Positions 1-10,400 of a stretch of DNA of 64,000 nt are shown here, piece after piece. This stretch comes from Raillietiella orientalis (Eukaryota). The position numbers were made by a program, and so were the translations under genes. The notes under the pieces were generated by a model. The model made no database searches. It had not been told where the DNA came from and saw only the letters and a program-made list of their open reading frames with translations. Where the stretch lies: the NCBI GenBank assembly GCA_036172245.1, contig JAYWIR010000059.1, forward strand, positions 372,001 through 436,000, in the 5' to 3' direction. Numbering within the stretch: the stretch's first letter is position 1; the number at the start of each line of letters is the position of its first letter.

Positions 1-600
1 GGCAACCTCGCAAGGACCACCCTATGAATACAGGAAGACTCCGGAAGGAGTCTGTTCCACTTGAGCTTGATAGGGAGCGTCGAAGGGAACCTCTTCTTTC
101 TTCTCTCCGGAGGGATCCCTCGGAGGAGGGTCACTGCTCATTTCTTCTCCGAAGGGCACCCGCAAGGAACCGCTCCATGTTGGTGCTCTGAAGAAAACCC
201 CGAGGGGACCCAGTTTCTATAAAGGAATCTCCGCTCTCCGAAGGGAGCAGCTCGCTTCTGAAACCCTGGAGCTGGTTGATAACCTGGGCGTTTCAAAGGG
301 ATGGTAGCAACCATCTCCATGGTACGCGATGTATGGGTCCATCTTCACAACAGGAGGGGAATGCTGAAGCCTCCTCAATTCCTGGAAGGACCCCGGAGGA
401 TCAGATTCCAATCCCAGCTGGTCAGTGAGGGCATCCGATTTCCGGCTCCCACCTGTACCGCACCTGGAGGGCGTGGGCTAGTCAGAGTCATCCTGCGGAG
501 GGGACTCGAGACCCACCACGCGCCCATGTCTCGGGAGATTCGACACCCCGCGACGCGTGGTGCCACGCGCGGAGACCGCAGCCACGCCCGCTAACGCGAG
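1..600 (-). mobile_element. Structured non-coding retroposon, copy A (3' end runs off the window start)
   Basis: The reverse complement is colinear with 7445-8100, sharing blocks gtggctgcggt, agccggaaatcggatgcc, ttccaggaat, gttgtgaagatgga, catcgcgtac.atggagatggtt, agagcaccaaca.ggagcgg, agaaatgagcagt and attcata.ggtgg. GC-rich and hairpin-dense. The 5' boundary (about 595-615) is uncertain. Confidence 0.8.
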
Positions 601-619
601 CTATTCCTTTGCAACAGCG

Positions 620-975
620 CAGAGGATGAATCCAGTAATCTGGAGATGGACGAAAGTTCTAAAGGAATTTCGAGAGGTTGATGATGCTAACAAGTTTTGG
701 GCTCCCCGAAGAGGAACGGAACCACTTCGTTGCATGGACTGGGAACATGCTTGGAATTTCTTCTGGTAGAATTCACGAGATCATCACAAGTGAAGAAGCA
801 CTCGCCAAACAACGGCGAAATGGTTGTCGGAAAACAGATGCAGGAAAGCCATTCTTCCACGACATAGCGAAACCTGGGAAGAGTTGGCCTCTGTTGCAGC
901 AAGTGCACAACGCAAAGGCAGGATTCCTGCACTGGACCGGAGGACGTTTCCAAAAGTTTTTCAAAAATCGAATCA
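620..975 (+). mobile_element. Decayed, internally deleted mariner-type transposase fragment
   Basis: Broken frames give VIWRWTKVLKEFREVDDA (like mariner V.RW...FK.GR..V.D), MLGISSGRIHEII (like LGIS.G.VH.IL) and FFHDIAKP (like HDNARPH). Stops and frameshifts are present. Confidence 0.5.
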
Positions 976-1291
976 TTCCGGTTCTCTTGGATTTGCTCTC
1001 TTCTTCCCAAGTATTCTCCTCATGCATGATGTTTTCGAAGCTGCATTTTTCCTACATCTGCTTTCTGTTCATCCCTTTTTTGTGCTTCATGAAACACGAC
1101 TTTCTTCACAGCTAGAGATCCAATTGCCGTTTTTTTTTTTTTTGGAAATTCTTTTCAAGATTGCCATTTGCCCGATAGAATGGCATCACCCCCTTTTGTT
1201 CCTAAGAAATTCTCAGCCACCCAGTTTTCGGACCAATGATTTTTTTCCCTTCCCAGTTTCAAGATGAAAAATGAGTCAGTGTTTCTTGCAG

Positions 1292-1485
1292 AATCTCTGT
1301 CCTCTACATCGAGTCAGTCGAGTGAAGGAAGCGTCGCCACATCTTCAGGAACTTCACTTCAAAGGGATCATCAGAATCTAGATTTCAAGCTCCTGGTTGA
1401 CCTGAACAATGGGTCAATCCACTCCGTTCACTTGGTAGCCATCAATATGCAGGAGAAGCAAGCCTGGATCAGTGACATCATTCAG
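1292..1485 (+). CDS. RasGRF: RasGRF exon (end of second PH domain)
   Basis: ttgcag|aatc ... [11 protein letters not shown]...[19 protein letters not shown]|gtaact. Confidence 0.9.
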
Positions 1486-4400
1486 GTAACTCGATTGTCA
1501 GTCCTCGGAGTTGACCATTTCCTCTCCAGTGCGTGGATAACATACAGTTTTACTCTCTGCTACATCGCAACTCTGGTGAATTTTCAGCTGTGGCTCTTCC
1601 TCATTCGGTTCGCAATGATCCAAAGCTCTTCAAAGATGACGTTGACATTCGCTTCAGCAAAACACTCAATTCATGCAAGGTAGGAGTCTCCAACGCGTCC
1701 GCTTCCCGTTCCTGCTGCCGTTACTGGTGGCAGCTCCTTGTTTGCCTCGAAGTTTTCATCCCATCCATACAGCTTATTTAGCTAATCTTTGATTTAATTA
1801 TGGACTGCTTAGCAACGGTACATGACATGCTATCTTTATCGAAGAAACCCTTTATTTATGGTACATTATCATTGTTGATTATGTAGTTATTGGATAGTAT
1901 GAGTGAAAAATTGAGTTAATTTTTTATTTTCAAAATAAATAATTCAACCGAAAGCATCCATTCGCCCTAAAGCAAAATGAATAGGAGCATCGGAGCATCG
2001 ATGGGAATGATGTTTTCCTAAATTTCCAACACCCGCCACGCGAGAGAAAGCTTCGAGTATCCTTGTCCCAAATTCGAGCTTTTAAAAAACAACTCATCTT
2101 CAAGCGATCAGGTTTGAAATCATCAGAGACTTTAGAACCTGAGAATTTCCGAAAAACAACGATTGCTCATCCCTTTTTTCATGCTTCATACTTCTCACAC
2201 TACGGCTTTACACCCATCTCCTTAGAGGAATTGTCGATCCCCTCTACTAAACAAGCCTGACGCTCCTTTCAACTGCGTAAACTCTCCACATTCCTAGAGA
2301 GCTCACGTAGAATTTCACATTCTCACATAGTCATGAACCTTTTGTAGAACCAGCAACAATAAACTGATCCCCTGAAGCCACAGATCACAAGAACTTCGAT
2401 CTGGTCAAAGAGCTATCAAGATGTTCGATGGGTGGATGCTTAGAAGCAAGGTTGAAGCAAATATCTTGTACACGCTTGCATCCATTTTTGTTATTTGCGC
2501 GGTAATGTATCATGCTGGGGTTTCTTTTCGGTACGTGTGCGTTTGCATCGGAAAAAGTATAAAAAAGTAGAAATTCTGTATTCCTTACCAGTGATCATTG
2601 AGACCAACATTTGGAAAATGTGAAGTATATATCACAATTATCACAATTCTGGTAGTGAAAGCTTTGTTTCAGTTTTTCTGACTTAGCGCAATGTGATCTC
2701 GTTGATGCCACCTCGACAGATCAGATCTTCGCGTGAGAAACACGTGAATTTATTCTTGTTCTTCAATGCAGTCCTTCTCAGGAAAGAGGAGGGTATCCGA
2801 GTTTGCTTCCGCCGGAGGTCTGTAATCAGGCGTGGTCGGAAAAATGCCATCAAGATCGCCATCGCATCAGTACCATTTCAGCTGCCAGTGACTTCGAAAA
2901 CAGACCGTGTAGTTTATGATCTCCCAGTGCGATCACCATTTAAACACTAAAAGATTTTAGATCAGTTCTGTAACAGCCCTTAGTTTTTTATTCACCTCAG
3001 GGGATTACGAGGAGATTTCTCCACCAGTTTTTCAAGCAGTGCATGTAAATCCACCGTAAGGGGATATCTTCTTGGATTGCGTGCAGAACATTCAATTTAT
3101 CTAACGTAAATGGGATTTCTTTAAGCAAACATTATAAGAAGTTTCATCGATTTCAGGGTTTTTATATGAAAAATCAAAAAATAAACCTTTTCTTTGTGAA
3201 AAGCTAAAGTAAGTGTTTTGCTTACTCAGAAGTTTCGCCTTGCTATCTACAAAACCACTGATTTTGAAAAGAACTTTGTCTTGCAAAAATTTCGGGAAAT
3301 CATTAAGATCTCTGCAGATGTATTTTATTTTGCAGGTACCTCAGATACGATATGCAACTCCAGAGAAAATACTGGAAAGGTTGACGGATTTGAGATTCCT
3401 GTCTATAGACTTCCTGAATACATTTTTGCTGACTTATCGTGTTTTTACCGATGGTCTCACCGTTTTGCAAGCACTAAAGAAGGCTTATCAAAAAGCCGAG
3501 ATCCCTGAGTACATTTCTGCTTCCACTAGAAGTTCAGTCGTGTAAGTTGTACGGTTCTCAACCTTGTATCAAACTGTATTTCTAATACTTACTTTCGTGT
3601 TTTCCTATGTGAATTCCATGCAATGATTTCCCTGAATTGCTGAAAAGAGTTTGTGTGGTGTAATGATTACTAAATTTCGTGTAACTGTAAGTTCCCTGAA
3701 AAGACGGTAGTGGAAAACATTCTGTATACGAATGACCCCCAAAACGGAATTCAGTAGGCTTAATGACTTTTTTAAGAGCAAGGCAATGCAACACGTTGTC
3801 GTCTCGAAGACGAATGCTACTTCAACTACAATATGATACATGCAAAGGTGTCTTCAGAGACCGAAAAATATTCGCAAGATAATATTCTTTATGAGCATGA
3901 TCGTATCAATATATTCTTCCGACAGAACATAATATCGAGCACACAGGAGAATAATTCGAAGTATCCCATTTTTCACACGACAAAGAAAAAACGAGGTAAA
4001 GTGTTAACAGGAGACACTTAGGAAATTCGGTGCACACGGTTTTTTTGAATCAAATCATTGAGATGAACAGAGAGCTTCGGTGTCTTTGTGCGTCAACGAG
4101 AGTTTAGCATTTGAGGAGCCCTATTGTTTTTTCCCTTCTCTTATAAAAGATCGCTACTTAACATTGAGTATACAGCTGGAATCTCATCTGTATGCGGCTT
4201 GTAATTTCTTCAAAGCTCACTTCAGATTTATTCATTTGCATGCAGTCGCTCTGGTTCCTGAGACTCCAGCTGTTCGGATACAGTTTCTGGTTATACAATA
4301 AGTCAGTATTGCCTTCCGTGTATCGTTCTTGAAATACCAATTGGAGTAGTTCTTTGGAAAATTAGTTCTTGGAAAGTTTGGAATCAAAGATTCACTTATT

Positions 4401-7400
4401 TCAAGGCACCTTGGATTTAGAGATACAGGATATCATTCGATGGTATATTCACCAACAGTTTAAGAACACAGGATGTTATCAATCCGTTAATCGGGGAGCA
4501 TACTGTTCAGAACGCCTTTCAGAATAACATACACTAACCTGAAGGTTAAGAAATTATTCTATTCATTCCTGAATCTATGGAGGGAAACTTATTCATGGTT
4601 GCGCCTCCTCCTTTACATGTGTTTCATGAAGAATCCGATAATCTCGATGCCAAGCAGCCTACATCAGATATTTCCTGCCTGCCTGTTCAATGAGCTCTCA
4701 TCCATAGAAGCAGCTTGCTGCTGCCTGGAAGATGGGAAAACGCCATTCTTTAGCATTAGTGCCTGCAAAGCTGTTGTCTTTGTGTTATTCGAGACATGCA
4801 GAGCCAAATGAAACTTCTTCGGTTTCCCGTAATATAGTTTGCAGCTTTATGTATACGAAGAGGCTCACGAAGCAGCAGGGGAACAGGATTTCCGCAATCT
4901 CTCTCATATACAGCAATCAGATTTGGCAGTTGGAAAAGCTTCTATTATCCATTTCATCAGGAACTGAGAGGCGAGCCTTCCTGATCACAAAGACTTCAGC
5001 TGACCTCCTAGTTGTCATAACTCGTTCACACCAAGCTTTAATACTACCTCGATGGCTCCCTTCTTCCACGCTTAATGTACGATGCTTACTATGCGGTTAG
5101 CATGTGGAGTGATCTCTTGGCAACAAATGACAGCCCTGGTTCAACTGAATATGATGAGCTATATGATTTGCACTTTCGTTTTATTAATCGGCCTACATTC
5201 TGTGTTCCAACTTCCACTGATGCATTGGAAATCTGTAAGGAAATCTGTAAGCCTTCTTGTAAGCTTAAGACTGTTTTAATTTGGCCGCTTGTGCTAAGCC
5301 AGAAGTGTTGCATATTGTAACGCCCTTCCTCTCAGACCGGATAATTCTAAAGGTTTATCGCAGGAAATCGCACTTGTGTGCTTTGTGGTTCCGCCTTTCT
5401 TCCTTCTTCTTCACCTGCTCTTCTCTCTCCATTAACGGCAATCCCTTTTGATTCCATCCAAATCTTTGGGAACGCTACTGCGCACTCATCAGTCTTGCTT
5501 TCTTACTGTTCGAATGCTCGCTCGAGATGACTTCCTTCCCGAGAGTGGCGTGCGGCCATCCCAGATCGCATACTGATTTGCATCCACTTAAAGAGAGCCC
5601 ACATCCAGTTTCTTTGGGGGTTCCTCTCTTTTCTTGGAATAATTCAAGCTGTTTTCGGTTCTGGGTAGAGCTCGTTCTGGCCGTGTTGTGAGCGCATGCA
5701 GCCGATAATCATGCAATGCGGCTGCGACCTGCCTTTTTGCTAGGGAATGCTCGTCTTTGATGCGATTTGCTTCTCTCGGAGGTGAGAGCAAACTGATGTT
5801 GGATCGGAAGAGTCTCAAGTTCTTCTGTGCTGCCGACTTTGAGGATGGATGCAGCACGAAAGGTTCCGTTTCATTCCGTGTGATGATGATGATGCCCAGA
5901 TGGGATCTTTTTCAACTGGGAATGGGTTTCTAAAGCCTGTTCCATTTTATTCACCAGAAAGAACTAGTCTGACTCTCCTTGGTACGTGAATATGATTCTG
6001 GAATAATGGAACACTCTGAATGATTTGTTCGTGATTCTTTGAGATCGGACCATGGCTGCTGCTTTTTGCAAATCTCTGCTTCAGCCAAAAAGGTCCTTTT
6101 TTTTTTCCGGATTCATCGAACCCTTGCTCTTCGGATTTTTGAAAGAAATGCATCCATCAGAAGACAGAGACACACTGTGGCTCGTTTGCTCAATCTGCAG
6201 TTTGATTGTCAAGTTTTGCTTTCATCCCTCAGCTCAGGAAAGCCTTGAATCCTCGAATCTTCACAATCAGCTTTGAAAATTCCACCTCATACGAATCTAA
6301 GCGTTCTTGACGCTTTGCACAAAACTTCTGTCTTCCGGATACTCCCAGATGTTCACACCTGCTGCTGTGTTTCTTTGCATCCACGTGTTTTTCATCTCGT
6401 TTCTTTGCTTTCCGAATGCAACTTGAACTGATTCTGCTGTCTGGTTTCCACCTTCATCGATGGGTACGTTATTTGCGTTCGATGTGGCAGCAGCAGTGGA
6501 ATCGACGTTTTGTCTCCTTCGCACCCTGTATGACGTTGCTCACTGCCAACGCGAAATTCAAGTGAAACGCAATGTGAAGGAAAACAGGCAAAATGAAATT
6601 TCGATGATGGTGATTTATCGAAACATATGAAGAGAGTGCGTCAACGGATGGCAATTTTAAATTCTCCGAAATGGAAAATACCTTGCTTGGAGATCACAGA
6701 AGCCAGGATCATTTTTTTTTTTTTTCGTCCAGAAAAAAAGAAAAAAAAGAAAGCAGCACTGTAGTCGTAGCATCACGAAACGAATGAAGACGCCATGGAC
6801 GCAGGACACGATTAATACGGATGCACGACAACTCAGCAAATGAATAGAGAAAAAGGTAACCAATAAACAGGGCTCATTTTGCCTTCCGAACACGGCGCTC
6901 ATGATGAATTCCACTGTTCCATGTAGGCAAAAGATGCTTAAGAAGGAAGCAAACAAAATGCGGAAGTCGGTGGGAGGAACAGAAGCCACGGAGAAACGAT
7001 GGAAGATAACGCTTGATTCGCCTCTGTACGTGAAAACAACCCTTTCCGTCTTCTCATTGCGAGAAGTACACTTTTTCATCTATTGACCCAACGAACAGCT
7101 GCCAGGAGTTTGCGGAAAGTGGAAATTATTGATTCATAGTCCGAAAATTCGCTACCTGCCCAGTATGGCACGGCAACATCACTCTTTCTGAGCAAACAGA
7201 TCCCGGCAGGAAGTCGCTGCAAAAAGAGGGATGATACATCTCATCGGTTTCTTGCGAAATTCAGTTCATCTCATCCAGGGATTCCATGGTGTTTATGCGT
7301 GATCGGACAATGTCATACAGATGAGAGGCTGAACGTGGCTTCCCAGTTAAAAAAAGAAGTGATGGCTCACGGCAAACGAATGGGCACAGGAATAACGAAA

Positions 7401-10400
7401 AGTAAAGGATGAATATCGAAAAGCATCCACCGTGGCCCCACACCCGCGCTGGAAGCCTTGTGGCTGCGGTCCCAGCTCGTAGCACCAAGAGCCGCGGGGT
7501 TTCGAATCTCTACGTGGAGGATCGAAACCCCGAGACACGAGCACTTCTTGGGTTTTTGAGTCCCTCCCGCAAGATGACGCTAACTGGCCCACGCGCTCCG
7601 GGTGCAGCACTGGTGACAGCCGGAAATCGGATGCCTATCCGTTGACTGGCCGAGATCGGAAGTCAGCCCTCCGAGGTGCTTCCAGGAATCAAGGAGGTTT
7701 CGGTATTCCCCTCTGGTTGTGAAGATGGAGCCGTCCATCGCGTACTATGGAGATGGTTAATATCCCCCTCGAGGGGTCTCCTCTCCTGAGTGTAAGAAGC
7801 GCTCTGCTCCCTTCAGAGAAATCGAGGAGCTCTCTTCGGTGTTTCCTTTAGAAGAGCACCAACAAGGAGCGGGTTCCCCCAGTAGAAGGAATTCCGGGAG
7901 TCCGGAACCTTTTCGAATTCCGTTCGAAGGAGAAATGAGCAGTAACCTTACTTCGAGGACCCCTCTGGAAGAAGAAGGAGATTGCCTTTGTGGTTCCCAT
8001 AGGAGACAACCAGGACGAGGATTCCCAAGCGTCAGAGGAACTGAGTCCTCCTTACGGAGCCTTCTTGGATTCATAAGGTGGTCCCGTCCCGGATGACCCC
8101 TAACTTGAAGAGCTGACACGCACCCTCGGGTGACGTGAACGGTCTGGAGAGCTTCGTGAGCCCCTATGAGAACAGCTCTTGAGTACTTAGCAGACCAGAA
8201 AAAAAAAGTAGTATCCGTGAGCTCTAGGAATTCACAGGTTAAATGACTGGAAAACGATCATGGAAAAATAAAAAATGGAGTTGTGGAAGAGGCGAATCGA
8301 AACTCCACTCGATATCAAAAATCTACTCTTCGTAGCACTTTGGAAGCTTCTGGAGACTTTAAGAAACGGTGGCAAGTGCATAGCGCCATCATCACCGTTG
8401 AACTATGGAAACTCCGTATCAAAGACGAAAAGTCCAGAATACAATCCATGAGCAGATGCTTTGTTTCGAGATCAGGCATGGCAATCTGATTATTCCTTGC
8501 TTTCTTCTCGACACTCATTGCCTTTTCGGCGAAGGTGTCCTCAGGTAGCGGCTGTTGCCATTGAGATGAAAATCACGTTCCTGGATATCTGCGCTTGTTC
8601 GCTTTTTATTGTACGACTTCCACCTCCTGCTGCATGCAGGTGTTAAGCACTTCTTTGATGGAAACAAAACGGGGCATTACCGGAAACTCCCGGATGGAAC
8701 GAATGGAGTGAATGAAAAGAACTCTTAGAATCGAAGATCCCTGACTGAATGGACTCTGATCTTTGGGGTACCAACGATTCAAAAAAGTCTTTTTGAAGTG
8801 CAAAATTCACCACTGATCTTCTCAGATCACGAATGGTGCACCATGTTGCCGAAGCACTGCACCTATTCCTAGATGCCTTTGATACTTTTGCATCCTTTCT
8901 AATTCGTTCCTCCCTCCTTCCGCCTTCTTGAGACTTTTTCAATTGCTGTTATCGAAATTCCTCTTCCCGCTACTGCGAATTCTAGGCATGACCTAGAAGT
9001 ACATAAAATTTAACCGCTGGAAATACTTACAGTTATGGAAGGAAAGGAAATTGGAATGGAAAGCGGTGCACCCACCAAGTTTAAAGTCGACTTTCCTTTG
9101 ATATGACTACATCCGGCATTCGTCCTATGGACAGTTGCTTATCACCTAATGGAGTGGACAAGAACTAGACACCTTGGATTTTGCATGAGCGTGTGGAGGG
9201 AAAAGAGACTTTTTGACTAATTCACAAGATAAACAACTTACCCTTGATTTTTGATCCAGTAAGTTTCATTAGAAGGATACAGCTGGAAGCAAGAGCACGC
9301 AAAAAAGCGCTATCTAGACAGACGGGACAGCAAATTTGGAACTCTGACCATGAATTTAGAGGAGCTATCCACAATAAATGAAGGATCTATTTCTCGAACA
9401 GGGAACTCGATCCCAAGTTAGAAAGTTCTAATGGAATTGGGCAAAAGAAAGAAAAGCAAAAGTTCCTAATTGGATGGGGAATATTCAAGTAGAAACTGGA
9501 TGCATAAATATCAAAAAGGAACGTGGATTTAGAGTTTCATATCTTAACACTGAAATCTCGTGAAAAGAGTAGATAGAGCATTCTATATACAGTGAACAAA
9601 ATCATAAGAGAAAATCCAAGCGGAAGGAGCATTTCTTCGGATTTCCTTTGACCTTTTGCGGAAAAGTACAATGTGAACCACAAACGCTGGTAATTGTAGG
9701 CATCTGGTGATGGACTGAGCGGAGAGACAAGAACGCACCTCGCACAGCAAATGCAAAAGCAAATGCCTGAACTTTCTTGGAACTTGAAAGCGAAAATCTT
9801 TTCTTTTTGTCTTCCGTACAGATCTGATGCTTTCGAGATTTGGATGACCCGTGTTCGCGCTCACTCTAATTCGAGAGCATCAACGCCAAATTGCTATTTC
9901 TTCGAACACAACGAGATGAAACTATGAACGGACCTCTTATCCACTTGGAGGAACGTAATCGATTGGTCGATCCATCTACGCCATGGATCTATGGCCGATG
10001 GAGAAGCGCCTACCTAAATTTCGTTGCATGATCTCAACAGGTTTTTGTGCCTTCACGTTACCGTGGGAACCAATGCGTTTGCAGCCAAATTCCTCGAGTC
10101 GAAAAAATAATAACAAATTTTGGGAAGCACCTTCAGATCCGGTCGCGTTCTCTTTTGTTTAATTGGTTGCCACGACTGAGAAAATCGGAGCTCGTGATGT
10201 GTTTTCCTTCCGACGAAAGATTCTTCCAGAAATCCCCTTCCGCCTTACTGTAGGAGATGAACAGGTAGACGCGCACTCTTGTAGGAAGTTTAGGGAAAGG
10301 TCCTACTATCAGCGGAGAAAAGTCTCAATCAAGTGAGGTCGAGCGGTGTGCTAATTCGGCAGCCTTGAGATATCGTGACTTTTAGAAGAAAGCGCAGGAC

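Noticed and set aside
7363..7510. Pol III A-box-like tggctcacggc and B-box-like gtttcgaatc (tRNA-derived SINE head)
   Set aside because: The spacing of about 130 nt is too long, no cloverleaf is visible, and the B-like motif is a hairpin arm that differs in copy A. Not excluded, but unsupported.
7728..7758. Group II intron domain V-like hairpin gAGCcgtc-cat..atg-ga-gatggtt
   Set aside because: The AGC triad is ACC in copy A, there is no GNRA loop, and it lies mid-element with no domain VI or GUGYG 5' end.
7409..8119. ORFs within the structured element, including a possible delta-antigen-like protein
   Set aside because: Peptide similarity between copies (MTLT.PR.PGA...AGNRMP) only reflects nucleotide identity. 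Frames break at different places, there are no delta-antigen motifs, and the fold looks branched rather than rod-like.
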